Assembly: GCA_023664945.1 (NCBI GenBank) | Contig: JAMPER010000001.1 | Coordinates: 210,829 to 274,828, forward strand | Length of the DNA: 64,000 nt | Direction: 5' to 3' | Source: Alistipes senegalensis | GTDB taxonomy: Bacteria; Pseudomonadota; Gammaproteobacteria; Burkholderiales; Burkholderiaceae_D | Shown: piece by piece, positions 47,121 through 58,567 of the stretch | How the letters are laid out: the number at the start of each line of letters is the position of its first letter | How positions within the stretch are numbered: position 1 is the first letter of the stretch | Position numbers and translations under genes: made by a program | The notes under the pieces: model-generated | What the model saw: the letters and a program-made list of their open reading frames with translations, nothing else | Databases searched by the model: none | Told to the model about the DNA's origin: nothing

Positions 47121-47148
47121 TTGCGCCTTGTGGCCGGGCGCGTATAAT
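47121..47148 (+). promoter_or_regulatory. Candidate sigma70 promoter of trpGDC
   Basis: TTGCGC-16bp-TATAAT. Confidence 0.65.
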
Positions 47149-47154
47149 GGCCGC

Positions 47155-47220
47155 ATGATCAGGATAAATCCGTTTCCTTTTTCCCTTCTTTCCAGGCGCT
47201 GGCGCAAGCCTGCTGCCTGA
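47155..47220 (+). CDS. Putative leaderless trp leader peptide (MIRINPFPFSLLSRRWRKPAA)
   Basis: 21-codon ORF whose ATG falls at the predicted +1; one Trp codon in an RRWR context; upstream of trpG. Confidence 0.5.
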   Translation: MIRINPFPFSLLSRRWRKPAA

Positions 47221-47326
47221 CGATGCCCTGCGCCTTGCGGCGCGCCCTCTTTCCCCGGCATATTGCCGGTTTCCCGAATGATTGCCCAAGGAAGCCCTGC
47301 TTCCCGTTATTTTCCAGGAGCGGCTT

Positions 47327-47890
47327 ATGTTGCTGATGATTGATAACTATGATTCATTTACCTATAACCTTGTCCAGTATTTTGGCGAGCTGGGCGAAAC
47401 GGTGGAAGTTTGCCGCAATGATGCGGTAACGGCAGAAGAGATTGCCGCCATGAAACCTGCCAGGATTTGCATTTCGCCCGGGCCTGGCGCTCCCTCGGGA
47501 GCAGGCGTTTCGCTTGCTGTTATCCGGCAGTTTGCGGGCGTGGTGCCCATACTGGGGGTGTGCCTGGGGCATCAGGCAATCGGCGAGGCATTTGGCGGCA
47601 GGATTATTCATGCAAAACAGGTCATGCACGGCAAGGTCTCGCACATTACCCATGCCGATAAGGGCGTGTTTGAAGGGCTGCCCAATCCGCTTGCGGTGAC
47701 CCGTTACCATTCTCTTGCCATTGAGCGGGAGTCTTTGCCGGATTGCCTGGAAATCACGGCCTGGGCGGATGATGGCGAAATTATGGGGGTACGCCACCGG
47801 ACGCTGCCTATAGAGGGTGTGCAGTTTCATCCCGAATCCATTTTGTCGGAACACGGGCATGATTTGCTCCGGCATTTTCTGTCAGCCTGA
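47327..47890 (+). CDS. trpG: Anthranilate synthase component II
   Basis: [11 protein letters not shown]; SPGPG; GVCLGHQ; TRYHSL; QFHPES. Confidence 0.96.
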   Translation: MLLMIDNYDSFTYNLVQYFGELGETVEVCRNDAVTAEEIAAMKPARICISPGPGAPSGAGVSLAVIRQFAGVVPILGVCLGHQAIGEAFGGRIIHAKQVMHGKVSHITHADKGVFEGLPNPLAVTRYHSLAIERESLPDCLEITAWADDGEIMGVRHRTLPIEGVQFHPESILSEHGHDLLRHFLSA

Positions 47891-47924
47891 TAAAAGGCGG
47901 CTGTAAACCGGTTAAGGAGTAGCC

Positions 47925-48977
47925 ATGTCTATCACATCCCAGGAAGCACTGGTGCGGTGTATTGAGCACCGCGAGATTTTCCATGACGAGATGTTGTCGC
48001 TCTTTCGGCGCATCATGAGCGGCGAGATGTCGCCGCTCATGATTGCGGCGCTGACAATGGGCTTGCGCGTCAAGAAAGAAACGGTAGGGGAAATTGCCGC
48101 TGCCGCCCAGGTTCTGCGTGAATTTTCTGTCAGGGTGGCAACGCCGGATCCCGGCAGGCTGCTCGATATTGTCGGCACCGGCGGGGACGGCGCGCATACG
48201 TTCAATATTTCAACGGCGGCCATGTTTGTTGCTGCCGCCTGCGGCGCACAGGTTGCCAAGCATGGCGGGAGGAGCGTTTCTTCTTCGTCCGGCAGCGCCG
48301 ACCTGCTGGAGGCGCTTGGCGTCAATATCCATCTGCCGCCGCAGCGTATTGCCGAATCCATTGAAAAGACGGGGATCGGTTTTATGTATGCGCCCAACCA
48401 TCATACGGCGATGAAGCATGCGCAGGCAGTGCGCCGGGAACTGGGCGTTCGCACTATTTTCAATATTTTGGGGCCGCTGACCAATCCGGCGATGGCCGAT
48501 AATGTATTGATGGGTGTTTTCCATCCGGATCTGGTCGGCATCCAGGTTCGTGTGCTTCGCGAACTGGGCGTAAAACGCGCGCTGGTGGTCTGGGGGCGGG
48601 ACAATCTGGACGAAATTTCGCTGGGCGCCAGTACCCTGGTAGGGGAGCTGTCTGACGGGCAAATCCGGGAATACGATATCCACCCGGAAGATTTTGGCAT
48701 ACGCATGGTTGCCAGCCGCAATTTTGAGGTGAAAAATGCCGAAGAATCGAAAAAGCGGGTTCTGGAAGGGCTGTCCGGCCAGGGCGGCCCGGCGACAGAT
48801 ATTATTGTGCTGAATGCCGCAGCGGCGCTTTATACAGTCAGGCGGGCTGCTTCCATTGCAGAAGGCCTGGAAATGGCAAGAGAAGCGATTGCATCTGGTG
48901 CGGCGCTGGCCCGCCTGGAGGCGTTTGCCGCATTTACACAGGAAGCGGGAATGAACAAAGAGGAAAAACATGGCTGA
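47925..48977 (+). CDS. trpD: Anthranilate phosphoribosyltransferase
   Basis: DIVGTGGDG; KHGGRSVSS; [10 protein letters not shown]. Confidence 0.97.
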   Translation: MSITSQEALVRCIEHREIFHDEMLSLFRRIMSGEMSPLMIAALTMGLRVKKETVGEIAAAAQVLREFSVRVATPDPGRLLDIVGTGGDGAHTFNISTAAMFVAAACGAQVAKHGGRSVSSSSGSADLLEALGVNIHLPPQRIAESIEKTGIGFMYAPNHHTAMKHAQAVRRELGVRTIFNILGPLTNPAMADNVLMGVFHPDLVGIQVRVLRELGVKRALVVWGRDNLDEISLGASTLVGELSDGQIREYDIHPEDFGIRMVASRNFEVKNAEESKKRVLEGLSGQGGPATDIIVLNAAAALYTVRRAASIAEGLEMAREAIASGAALARLEAFAAFTQEAGMNKEEKHG

Positions 48978-49779
48978 TATTCTGGAAAAGATTCTGGCGG
49001 TCAAACAGGAAGAAGTCGCGGAAGCGAAAAAAAGCCGTTCCCTTTCCAGTCTCAGGGAAGAAGTGGAAACGGACGGGGCCATCCGCCAGGACAGACGCGG
49101 TTTTGCGGCGGCGCTCATGGGAAAAATCAGCCGGCGGCAGGCCGGGGTGATAGCCGAAATCAAGAAGGCCTCACCTTCCAAAGGCGTTATCCGCGATCCA
49201 TTTTATCCGGCCGAAATTGCCAAAAGTTATGCGCAGCATGGCGCGGCCTGTTTGTCAGTGCTGACTGACAAGCTGTTTTTCCAGGGGTCACCCGATTATT
49301 TGCGCCAGGCACGCGCTGTATGCAGCCTGCCGGTGCTGCGCAAGGATTTTATTGTTGATTTTTATCAAATTTATGAAGCCCGCTTGTGGCGGGCGGATTG
49401 CATTTTGCTGATTGCCGCCGCGCTGGATGCCGGGCTGATGGCCGAGCTGGAAGCCTGTGCGCACGAGCTGGGGATGGATGTGCTGGTGGAGGTGCATAAT
49501 GAGGCGGAATTAAGGCAGGCATTGGCGCTTAGCACGCCGCTTCTTGGCATCAATAACCGCAATTTGCACACGTTTGAAACCTCCTTGCAGCAAACGCTGG
49601 ATTTGCTGCCGCTGGTTCCGCCGGGAAAGCTGGTGGTAACCGAATCGGGTATTCTTTCACGGGAAGATGTGCTGACGATGCGCCGCGCCGATGTGAATGC
49701 CTTTCTGGTCGGTGAGGCTTTCATGCGCGTGCCGGAACCCGGCAGGGAACTGGCACGGCTTTTTGATACTTCCCTTTAG
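48970..49779 (+). CDS. trpC: Indole-3-glycerol phosphate synthase
   Basis: [12 protein letters not shown]; LSVLTD; LRKDF; GINNRNL; ESGI. Confidence 0.98.
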   Translation: MADILEKILAVKQEEVAEAKKSRSLSSLREEVETDGAIRQDRRGFAAALMGKISRRQAGVIAEIKKASPSKGVIRDPFYPAEIAKSYAQHGAACLSVLTDKLFFQGSPDYLRQARAVCSLPVLRKDFIVDFYQIYEARLWRADCILLIAAALDAGLMAELEACAHELGMDVLVEVHNEAELRQALALSTPLLGINNRNLHTFETSLQQTLDLLPLVPPGKLVVTESGILSREDVLTMRRADVNAFLVGEAFMRVPEPGRELARLFDTSL

Positions 49780-51620
49780 GGTTCCCGGGCGGTTTCCGGT
49801 GTCAGCCAGGCCTGCCGGGCCAGGGTGGTGGCCGGTGTCTGGTCGGCAGAGAGCGAAAGGCTGTGCCGGGGGGTATCATCCGGGGCCAGGACAACTTCAT
49901 ATACCATCAGTTCATCGCGGCGGAAGGCATGGATGGTGACAGTATTGCCCGGGGCATAGCGGGAAAGCAGTTTTTCTACTGCCGCATCCGGTTTTTCCCC
50001 GGTAACGCGCAGGCCGTCAATGGCAACCAGTATATCGCCTGCCGCAAGGCCGGCGGCATGGGCGGCCCCCCACTCATAGACATTGGCTATCCGGCAATCC
50101 CCGCCGGCACGCTGGAGACGGACGTTTAAGCTGGCTTTGGGCCTGTCCGGCGGGCTGCTTTCCCTGATGCCGAAGTGCTCCAGCAGGTGGGCCAGTTGCA
50201 GTTCGTCTGTGCCGTAAACGTACCGTCTGAAAAAGTCTTTCAGGTCAAGCCCGGCGGCTTCCTCAAAAAGCTGTTCTGCCTCTGTTTCGCCAACGCCCTT
50301 TTGTGCGGCGGCCTGCCCCGGGCGGCCGTATCGTTCCCACAGGAGGCGCATTCCGTCGTCCAGCGATTTTTCGTTATTGGTGCGGATACGGATGGTCAGG
50401 TCAAGTGCCAGGGCAACCAGCGCGCCTTTGGTGTAGTAGTTGACGATGGCGTTGGTGGCATTTTCATCCTGCCGGTAAAACTTGATCCAGGTATCAAAAC
50501 TAGATTCGGCGATGCTCTGTTTTTTTCTGCCGGTTCCCCGCCTGACATTGTTGATGGTTCGGGAAATACAGCGCAAGTAAGCGTTTACATCAATCCGCCC
50601 GCTTCTGACCAGCATCAGGTCGTCGTAATAGCTGGTGAAGCCCTCAAAGAGCCATAAGAGGCGTGTGTAGTTCTCGTTTTGCAGGTCGTAGGGGGAGAAG
50701 GCAGCGGGCCGGATACGTTTGACGTGCCAGGCATGGAAATATTCGTGGCTGCACAGGCCGAGAAAATTCTGGTAAGCCTCGTCAGGAACAGCTGCCGGTG
50801 TTTCTTCGGAAAGGGGGCGGCTGCAAACGGGCAGGTCATTTCTGGAACACAGCAATGCGGTGGAGGCGCGGTGTTCCAGGCCGCCGTAGCCGTTGCCGAC
50901 GGCAGTAACCAGGAAAACATAGCGTTCCATCGGCGGTTTTTTTGATATCGGCTCAAAAAAACCGATATGGGTTTCGCAGATACGGGAAAGGTCCGATGCC
51001 AGCCGTTCCATATCCAGGTTCGGCACCCGTCCGGTAACGGCAATTTCGTGCGGGATGCCGCCTGCCTCAAAAGCGGCCAGGGCAAACGTCCCCATTTCAA
51101 CAGGATGGTCAATCAGTTCATCGTATCCGGATGCCCGGTAAATGCCAAAGCCATGCCGCGGGGCGCTTTCTTCCGGCAGGGCGGTCGCCACGCGCCAGCC
51201 GGCGCAGGCCGGGTCGGCGCTCGGACAGATTTCCACCCTGTGCGGGAGGTGTTCCAGCCCGACGGCACGCAAAAAGACACTGCTCCCGTTAAAAAAACCG
51301 TGCGTTTTATCCAGGTGCGCCCCCCTGACAGAAAGATCCCAGGCATAGACATCGTATTCCAGCGTCAGCGGTTCACTGGCAGGTGCAGCCAGCCAGGTAT
51401 GCTTGTCCTGTTTTTCCAGCGGGACATCTTTTCCGGCGCTTACGGCATGAATCTGCACGATGTTTTTGGCAAATTCGCGGATCAGGTAACTGCCCGGAAT
51501 CCAGGCAGGCAGTGTAAAGCGCTGCCCTTTGGGCGACGGGGCGGGAAGCGTCAGCGAAACCCGGAAAAGGTGTCCTGCCGGGTCGCATGGTGTAATGGTG
51601 TAAAAAACGGCATTTTCCAT
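49776..51620 (-). CDS. M61-family glycyl aminopeptidase with PDZ domain
   Basis: [11 protein letters not shown]; GGLEH; HEYFHAW zinc motif; YYTKGA; C-terminal PDZ. Confidence 0.95.
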   Translation of the reverse strand: MENAVFYTITPCDPAGHLFRVSLTLPAPSPKGQRFTLPAWIPGSYLIREFAKNIVQIHAVSAGKDVPLEKQDKHTWLAAPASEPLTLEYDVYAWDLSVRGAHLDKTHGFFNGSSVFLRAVGLEHLPHRVEICPSADPACAGWRVATALPEESAPRHGFGIYRASGYDELIDHPVEMGTFALAAFEAGGIPHEIAVTGRVPNLDMERLASDLSRICETHIGFFEPISKKPPMERYVFLVTAVGNGYGGLEHRASTALLCSRNDLPVCSRPLSEETPAAVPDEAYQNFLGLCSHEYFHAWHVKRIRPAAFSPYDLQNENYTRLLWLFEGFTSYYDDLMLVRSGRIDVNAYLRCISRTINNVRRGTGRKKQSIAESSFDTWIKFYRQDENATNAIVNYYTKGALVALALDLTIRIRTNNEKSLDDGMRLLWERYGRPGQAAAQKGVGETEAEQLFEEAAGLDLKDFFRRYVYGTDELQLAHLLEHFGIRESSPPDRPKASLNVRLQRAGGDCRIANVYEWGAAHAAGLAAGDILVAIDGLRVTGEKPDAAVEKLLSRYAPGNTVTIHAFRRDELMVYEVVLAPDDTPRHSLSLSADQTPATTLARQAWLTPETAREP

Positions 51621-51650
51621 TTGCAGCCTCCATAATGGGGCAAAAATCGG

Positions 51651-54600
51651 TTACAGGACCGGGGAAAGCGCGGAAGCGATATCTTCCACTTCTGCTCCCC
51701 GGCGTTTTGCCATGTCTGCCAGCTGGTCGCTATCGATTTTTCCTACCTGGAAGTAGCGTGCCTGGCGATGTGCAAAATAAAAACCGGCAATTGATGAGGC
51801 TGGCGTCATGGCAAGGGATTCCGTTAAACCCATGCCGATCTGATCGCACTTGAGCAGCCTGAAAATGGCTTCCCGTGCCGTATGTTCCGGGCAGGCCGGG
51901 TAGCCGGGGGCGGGACGGATACCCTGGTAGGCTTCCTTGCGGAGAGCTTCCGGGGAAAGCTGCTCGTCTGGCGCATATCCCCACAGGTCTTTGCGTACCA
52001 GCTCGTGCAGGTATTCTGTCAGCGCTTCCACCAGCCTGTCGGCAAGTGCCTTCAACATGATGCCGCTGTAGTCGTCATTGGCTTCTTCAAAACGGCGAAG
52101 CGGCGCTTCCATGCCGATGCCTGCCGTAACGGCAAAAAGTCCCATGTAATCCGGTATGCCGCTTTCCTTTGGCGCGATAAAGTCTGCCAGGCACAGGTTG
52201 GGGCGCTCTACACCGTCAATGACCGGGCGCGCTGTCTGTTGCCGCAGGCCGTAGTAGGTAAAGGCAACCTGGGAACGGGTTTCATCAGTGTAAATTTCAA
52301 TATCATCACCTGCGCTGTTGGCAGGCATGAGTGCCAGCGAGGCATGGGCGGTGAGCCAGCGGCCCTCGATGAGCTTTTTCAGCATGGCTTGCGCATCGGA
52401 AAAGAGGCGGCGTGCCGCTTCCCCGTGGGCGGGGTCATCCAAAATGGCCGGATAGGGGCGGTGCATATCCCAGGTATGGAAAAACGGGCCCCAGTCGATA
52501 TAGGACGCAATCGCGGCCAGATCCACGTTTTTCAGGAAACGCTGCCCGAGGTAACGCGGTCTGACCGGCGTATCTTCCCCTGCAAAAGAAAGTTTTGCCT
52601 TATTGGCCCGGGCGGCTTCAAGCGGGATCATGTCAATCGGTTTTTTCTCGGCATGCAGGCGCCGCACGCGCGCATAATCTGCTTTTAGCGCTTCCAGGTA
52701 AGTTGCCCGGGTTTCCGGGCTTAACAATGCCTGCGCAACAGTAACGGTGCGCGACGCATCCGGGACATGAATAACCGGGCCGTCATAGTTGGGCGCAATT
52801 CTCACAGCCGTATGGAGGCGGCTGGTGGTTGCCCCGCCAATCAGGAGGGGGATTTTCCGGTCGCGGAAATACGGGTCGCGCTGCATTTCGCTGGCAACAT
52901 GCGCCATTTCTTCCAGGGAAGGCGTAATCAGGCCCGAGAGGCCGATAATATCGGCGCCGACTTCCTTGGCCCGCGCCAGGATATCGGCGCAGGGCACCAT
53001 GACGCCCATATTTTCCACTTCAAAATTGTTGCACTGGAGGACAACGGCCACAATATTCTTGCCGATATCGTGCACATCTCCCTTGACCGTGGCAATCAGG
53101 ATGCGGCCTTTGGAAGCAGTCTGGCCGGACTTTTGCTTTTCTTCTTCAATATAGGGAATCAGGCAGGCTACGGCTTCTTTCATGACGCGGGCCGATTTGA
53201 CCACCTGGGGCAGGAACATTTTGCCCTGGCCGAACAGGTCGCCTACGGCGTTCATGCCGTCCATCAAGGGGCCTTCAATAACCTGGATGGGCCGCCCTCC
53301 ACCGTTCAGCACTTCTTGCAGTACTTCTTTGGTATCGGCTTCAATCCATTCGGTTTGCCCGTGGATCATGGCGTGGGCCAGCCGTGCGCGAACCGGTTCG
53401 GCGCGCCACTGTAGCCCGGCATTTTCCTTTTTCTCTCCGGCCTCAAAGCGGTCTGCCACTTCAAGCAGGCGCTCGGTAGCGTCCGGGCGGCGGTTCAACA
53501 CCACATCTTCCACCCGTTCGCGCAAATCGGCCGGGATATTATCATAAACCCCGATCATGCCGGCGTTGACGATGCCCATCGTCATGCCGGCGGCAATGGC
53601 GTGATACAGGAAAACGGTATGGATGGCTTCGCGGGCGGCATTATTGCCGCGCAGGCTGAAGCTCACGTTGGAAACTCCTCCGCTGATTTTGGCATGCGGC
53701 AGGTTGCGGCGTATCCAGCGCACTGCTTCGATAAAGTCCACCGCGTAATTGTTGTGCGCTTCTATGCCGGTGGCAACAGCAAAGATATTGGGGTCAAAGA
53801 CAATGTCTTCCGGGGGGAAGCCTGCCTGCTTCACCAGCAGGTCATAGGCGCGTTGGCAGATGGCAATCTTCCGCTCAAACATATCTGCCTGGCCTTCCTC
53901 GTCAAAGGCCATTACGATGGCGGCTACCCCGTAGCGGCGGCAAAGCCGCGCATGGTGGAGGAATTTTTCTTCCCCTTCCTTGAGTGAGATGGAATTGACA
54001 ATGGCCTTGCCCTGGAGACATTTCAATCCGGCCTCAAGCACTTCCCAGCGCGAGGAATCCAGCATGACCGGGATACGGGCAATATCCGGCTCCGAAGCGA
54101 TCAGGTTCAAAAAGCGCGTCATGGCCGCGACAGAATCCAGCATGGCCTCGTCCATGTTGATATCAATTATCTGCGCGCCGTTTTCCACCTGCTGGCGGGC
54201 CACGGCAATCGCCTTGCCGTATTCCCCGTTTCGTATCAGGCGGGCAAATGCCTTGGAGCCGGTTACGTTGGTACGCTCGCCTACGTTGACAAAAAGCGAG
54301 TTTTCGTCAATCACAAACGGTTCCAGCCCGGCCAGCCGCATGGCCGGCTCAATCACAGGAACTTTGCGCGGCGGGACGCCTTCAAGGGCCTGCGCAATGG
54401 CGCGGATGTGGTCCGGCGTGGTGCCGCAGCAGCCGCCTGCCATATTGATGAGGCCGCTTTCGGCAAATTCTTCCAGGAAGGCAGCCGTATCTTCAGGCCG
54501 CTCGTCAAAGCCTGTGTCGCTCATCGGGTTGGGCAGCCCGGCATTGGGATAGATGCAGACATGGGTATCGGCAATCCGGGAAAGCTCTTCCACATAGGGG

Positions 54601-55409
54601 CGCATCAGCGCCGCGCCCAGCGCGCAGTTCAGCCCGATGGTCAGCGGCCTGGCATGGCGGACCGAATACCAGAAAGCCGCCACTGTCTGGCCGGAAAGGA
54701 TACGGCCTGAAGCGTCCGTTACCGTGCCGGAAATCATGACAGGCAGTTTTTTGCCGCTTTCTTCCATGCAGGCATCCAGGGCAAAAAGGGCGGCCTTGCA
54801 GTTGAGCGTATCAAAAACGGTTTCTACCAGAAACAGGTCAACGCCGCCTTCGATGAGGGCGCGCGCCTGTTCGGAATAGGCGGCAACCAGCTGGTCAAAA
54901 TCAATATTGCGCGCGCCGGGGTCGTTGACATCCGGCGAGATGGAAGCCGTCTTTGGTGTCGGCCCGATGGAACCGGCGACAAAACGGGGCTTCTCCGGTG
55001 TGGCAAACCGTTTGCAGGCTTCGCGGGCAAGCCTGGCCGAGGTGACATTCATCTCATGCACCAGGTGCGCCATGTGATAGTCTTCCTGCGCAACCGCTGT
55101 TGCGCCGAAAGTGTTGGTTTCAATCACATCTGCCCCGGCAGCCAGATATTCATCATGGATGGCGGCAATGATTTGCGGCTGGGTCAGGGAAAGCAGCTCG
55201 TTGTTCCCGCGCAGGAAAAGCTCGCGGTTTTCCGCTGAGGGCGGTGCGGCAAAATCCGCAAAACGGCCGTCTTTTCCACCCCGGTAATCCTCTTCTGTCA
55301 GGCTGTAGCGCTGGATCATCGTTCCCATCGCGCCATCCAACAGCATAATGCGTTTTGAAAGAATTTCCCGCAGTTGCGCTTCAACCGGTGACATGATGTT
55401 TGGCTCCAT
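51651..55409 (-). CDS. metH: Cobalamin-dependent methionine synthase
   Basis: LDGAMGT; GLNCA; GGCCGT; VGERTN; DVHDIGKN B12 motif; GIRPAPGYP; start may be 55394. Confidence 0.98.
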   Translation of the reverse strand: MEPNIMSPVEAQLREILSKRIMLLDGAMGTMIQRYSLTEEDYRGGKDGRFADFAAPPSAENRELFLRGNNELLSLTQPQIIAAIHDEYLAAGADVIETNTFGATAVAQEDYHMAHLVHEMNVTSARLAREACKRFATPEKPRFVAGSIGPTPKTASISPDVNDPGARNIDFDQLVAAYSEQARALIEGGVDLFLVETVFDTLNCKAALFALDACMEESGKKLPVMISGTVTDASGRILSGQTVAAFWYSVRHARPLTIGLNCALGAALMRPYVEELSRIADTHVCIYPNAGLPNPMSDTGFDERPEDTAAFLEEFAESGLINMAGGCCGTTPDHIRAIAQALEGVPPRKVPVIEPAMRLAGLEPFVIDENSLFVNVGERTNVTGSKAFARLIRNGEYGKAIAVARQQVENGAQIIDINMDEAMLDSVAAMTRFLNLIASEPDIARIPVMLDSSRWEVLEAGLKCLQGKAIVNSISLKEGEEKFLHHARLCRRYGVAAIVMAFDEEGQADMFERKIAICQRAYDLLVKQAGFPPEDIVFDPNIFAVATGIEAHNNYAVDFIEAVRWIRRNLPHAKISGGVSNVSFSLRGNNAAREAIHTVFLYHAIAAGMTMGIVNAGMIGVYDNIPADLRERVEDVVLNRRPDATERLLEVADRFEAGEKKENAGLQWRAEPVRARLAHAMIHGQTEWIEADTKEVLQEVLNGGGRPIQVIEGPLMDGMNAVGDLFGQGKMFLPQVVKSARVMKEAVACLIPYIEEEKQKSGQTASKGRILIATVKGDVHDIGKNIVAVVLQCNNFEVENMGVMVPCADILARAKEVGADIIGLSGLITPSLEEMAHVASEMQRDPYFRDRKIPLLIGGATTSRLHTAVRIAPNYDGPVIHVPDASRTVTVAQALLSPETRATYLEALKADYARVRRLHAEKKPIDMIPLEAARANKAKLSFAGEDTPVRPRYLGQRFLKNVDLAAIASYIDWGPFFHTWDMHRPYPAILDDPAHGEAARRLFSDAQAMLKKLIEGRWLTAHASLALMPANSAGDDIEIYTDETRSQVAFTYYGLRQQTARPVIDGVERPNLCLADFIAPKESGIPDYMGLFAVTAGIGMEAPLRRFEEANDDYSGIMLKALADRLVEALTEYLHELVRKDLWGYAPDEQLSPEALRKEAYQGIRPAPGYPACPEHTAREAIFRLLKCDQIGMGLTESLAMTPASSIAGFYFAHRQARYFQVGKIDSDQLADMAKRRGAEVEDIASALSPVL

Positions 55410-55513
55410 GTGAGTATGTCTGGACAACCGGCGCAAAGGGCCAGGATAGCCCAAAATTATAGCAATTCCCTAAAAAGCAGGCAAAAACAGGGTGTTGGGT
55501 TATCTGCTGCCGC

Positions 55514-56248
55514 CTATTTTGCTGCGGAAAGTGCCCGGGAAAAATCGGCTTCGTCAGGCAGGCCGGTGATGCGTGAGCCATCCTGAAAGAAAATGACCGG
55601 TGTGCCCGTTATCTCAAATTGCCGGGCCAGGCCAAGCACGGCGTCGCCGGTATAGGCGCACTCTTTGGCCGCTTCTGGCGGGGTTTGGCCCTCCAGCATC
55701 CAGGCGTTCCAGGCCGCCGCCGGATTGGGCGCACACCAGATATTTCTGGAAAGGGTACGGGATTGTTCCGAGAGAATATTGAGCGGGAAAACATATACGG
55801 TCAGGTTATCCACGTTCTTTAACAGCTTTTCCAGGCGCTTGCAGTAGCCGCAGTTCGGATCGGAAAAAACAGCCACTTTCCGTTCCCCCTTGCCGTTGAC
55901 CTTTCGGATAGCCTGATCAAGCGGCAGGTCGGAAAAGCGAATCCGGCTGATAGCCTCAATCCGGTCTCGGGTATAATCCTGCCCGGTTTCAATATCTATT
56001 ACCCGGCCAATAAAGAGATAGCGTGCACGGCTGTCGGTATAGACAATCCGGTTGCCTACCCGTACTTCATACATGCCCGGCCAGGGCGTTTTTTTCACGG
56101 ACGTGACGTTTTCCCCCTGAAGCACCCTTTCCTTGAAGCGCTGGCGGATGGTGTTTTCCTGCGCAAAGGCCAGGGAAGCGCAAAAGAGCGCGCCGAAAAG
56201 GCAGGCTGCCGGGGCGGCAAGCCGAAAGGGATTCTTCAAAAAGCGCAT
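55514..56248 (-). CDS. dsbC: Thiol:disulfide isomerase DsbC
   Basis: Signal peptide; FSDPNCGYCK; ITGTP. Confidence 0.92.
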   Translation of the reverse strand: MRFLKNPFRLAAPAACLFGALFCASLAFAQENTIRQRFKERVLQGENVTSVKKTPWPGMYEVRVGNRIVYTDSRARYLFIGRVIDIETGQDYTRDRIEAISRIRFSDLPLDQAIRKVNGKGERKVAVFSDPNCGYCKRLEKLLKNVDNLTVYVFPLNILSEQSRTLSRNIWCAPNPAAAWNAWMLEGQTPPEAAKECAYTGDAVLGLARQFEITGTPVIFFQDGSRITGLPDEADFSRALSAAK

Positions 56249-56342
56249 GGGGTGTCCTAGGTGAGTTGTTTGCCGCATTATACAGGCCGCTTTGCACAGA
56301 GCGTGGCGAACCGCGTTTTTTTTGCTACAATACCCTCTCTTT

Positions 56343-56418
<76 letters not shown>

Positions 56419-56433
56419 CCAGTACTGTCCAAT

Positions 56434-56476
56434 AACCCGTGTAAAGCCAAGTGTTTACGCGGGTTTTTTGTTTTTT
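56434..56476 (+). terminator. Terminator after tRNA-Thr
   Basis: 12-bp stem with one G-U pair followed by a long T tract. Confidence 0.8.
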
Positions 56477-56577
56477 AACTTCCTGTAATGTGCGTTGATA
56501 TTCGGGAAATACGGGGGTATCTGTTTTGGGGTATGCGCAGATATCCCCAAAAATGGATGTCCCATAGGCGCTGATAT

Positions 56578-56979
56578 ATGGCAAAAATCATCCAGCTGCT
56601 TGATATTCAGCCACGTCATGCCAAGCCCAAAGAAAAGTCTTACAAGCTGGCAGATGGCGGCAGCCTGTATCTTGAGGTTGCACCAACCGGCGGGAAACTA
56701 TGGCGAATGAAAGCAAAGCGGGCAAGCTGTTAAGCGGGTGGAGCTTACCATGACAGGACGCGGTTTGCGGGGAGTAGTCAGTACGGGATTAAACAAGCTT
56801 GGTTTTAACCCGCGTCTGGTTGAAGCGCAGCCTGGGCATAAAAGGGGAACGCGATAGAAGCCGCCTGTAACGATGCAAAGCACCTGAAAGACCGGCGCAA
56901 GATGATGCAAAGGTGGGCGGATTATCTGGACAGCCTGAAAACCGGCAAGATAATCACATTTCCGAGCAAGGCGGCATAA
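56578..56979 (+). pseudogene. P4-family integrase remnant (arm domain joined to C-terminal tail, core deleted)
   Basis: KPKEKSYKLADGGSLYLEV..GGKLWRMK then stop at 56733; later MTGRGLRG..STGLNKLGF..EAQPGH, frameshift, AACN...RRKMMQRWADYLD. Confidence 0.88.
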
Positions 56980-57073
56980 CAGAATAAGCCGCGCCTAGTC
57001 AGACGTGACGGAAACCGGGAACCCTGCCCGGCTGGCGTGGCTTTCTAGTTTAGGGGAAACGAGAGGGACGTTT

Positions 57074-57907
57074 ATGGATAAAGAAGTAATGCGGGTTATC
57101 CATGATGTACTTAAGAAGAAAATTGAAAATTACACAGACAAGCATACGCTTCCTGACAGCGTTAAACATTTAGGCTATGGTATTTCAATCCTGTATGGAG
57201 AAAGACTTTTAGAGCTAAATAATGCACAAGAATTTTATATTGATGCTTCGCCAAATAGCACTGACGAATATTTAGCAACGGCATGTGCTTATATTGAAGC
57301 GAAAAAAATTTATGACCTCACGCTTGATATTAAGATAGGTAACTATCTTAAAACATTGCCTGAAATATACGGTAAAGCGCGTTGGCTAATAGAATGTATA
57401 TCCGGCGGGTTTTATAGAACCATAGAACGCAAATTTAATCATGGGCGTTTAATGATTAAGGCTGCAGCGCTTTATTTTCTGTCAAAAGCCGACGAATGTG
57501 AGGCCAAAGGCGAGGTTAGAAAGGCGTTTGATTGGATAAATGAAGCGTTTACTCTGGACAGATTTGATTCTGTTTATGATGTAATGGAAAGAGGTGCGGA
57601 AGCTGGCGCAAAGGGTTGTATAGAAGGGATGAAATACAGAATATCAAGACAAAATTCAGAAAAACAGAAACAACGGCACAAGAAAGAACATGTAGAAGAA
57701 AAAAGACTTACGCAGGAACTTTTTGATTCTTTTGAGGCCAAAGCGGAAGGCAAAATAAAGCTCGGAAAAAGGAAAATGTTTTGTCTTCAGGTTTACGACA
57801 AACTGGAATATTCCTTGTCCACAGACAGCATAAAAAATGTTTCTGTAGGAACTATTGAAAAATGGGTAATAAGGCTTGAAAAAGGAGAAAGGATTTATGA
57901 AGAGTAG
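57074..57907 (+). CDS. Hypothetical island protein (about 277 aa)
   Basis: Long open AT-rich ORF, GAGGG RBS; possible C-terminal HTH (SVGTIEKW). Confidence 0.8.
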   Translation: MDKEVMRVIHDVLKKKIENYTDKHTLPDSVKHLGYGISILYGERLLELNNAQEFYIDASPNSTDEYLATACAYIEAKKIYDLTLDIKIGNYLKTLPEIYGKARWLIECISGGFYRTIERKFNHGRLMIKAAALYFLSKADECEAKGEVRKAFDWINEAFTLDRFDSVYDVMERGAEAGAKGCIEGMKYRISRQNSEKQKQRHKKEHVEEKRLTQELFDSFEAKAEGKIKLGKRKMFCLQVYDKLEYSLSTDSIKNVSVGTIEKWVIRLEKGERIYEE

Positions 57908-58021
57908 TTATGCCTCTACGCCGTAGAGTGGGTAATTTACGCCGTATGGCTGTTTTTTCAATTATCATATATGACAATCTTCACTCCATACCGCGCTACG
58001 CGGGGCAATATGGAGTGAAAT

Positions 58022-58567
58022 ATGACAATTGCACAACAATCCACCCAAAAACGAATCATCCGCTTGCCTGAAGTTTGCCGGAAACTTGGCTTATCCAAAC
58101 CTACTGTATGGGTATATGCCCGCACAAGGCCAGATTTTCCAAAGCCTATCAAATTGGGTGGGAACGTTACGGGCTGGCTGGAATCTGAAATAGACGCATG
58201 GCTTGTTGCCGTATTGCCGAATGGGCAGAATAAGGGGGCTGACATGCGGGACAGTAGCAAAAAAGAAAAGGCTGCCAACGGCAAAGCCGTGGCTGCAAAA
58301 AAGATACGCAAAAATGACAACGGCAGCAGCACCGAATCACAGTGTGTACGGTTGTTAAAGGCCTTGATGCAGGGGAGCGTGACAACCGAAGAGGCGCGGC
58401 AGATGGGGATATACAGCCCGGCGCCGCGTATTTTTGAGCTGAAGCGGCGAGGCTGGGCGATAACCGCCGACATGAAACGGGTATCTGCGGCGGATGGGCG
58501 CCTGCATCGTGTGGCGCGTTATCACCTGAACCAAAGTCATCCTGTTATTATTTTAACGATAAAATAG
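58022..58567 (+). CDS. alpA: AlpA-family regulator fused in frame to a second HTH protein (HTH_39-like)
   Basis: IIRLPEVCRKLGLSKPTVW...FPKPIKLG...W.ESEIDAW; C-half LLKAL..GSVTT.EAR...APRIFEL...HRVARY; internal RBS+ATG at 58244. Confidence 0.82.
   Translation: MTIAQQSTQKRIIRLPEVCRKLGLSKPTVWVYARTRPDFPKPIKLGGNVTGWLESEIDAWLVAVLPNGQNKGADMRDSSKKEKAANGKAVAAKKIRKNDNGSSTESQCVRLLKALMQGSVTTEEARQMGIYSPAPRIFELKRRGWAITADMKRVSAADGRLHRVARYHLNQSHPVIILTIK

Noticed and set aside
45324-47149. Identical 14-mer GGGCGCGTATAATG before coaE (45324) and the trp leader (47136)
   Set aside because: Best explained as a shared strong -10 context; no evidence of co-regulation.
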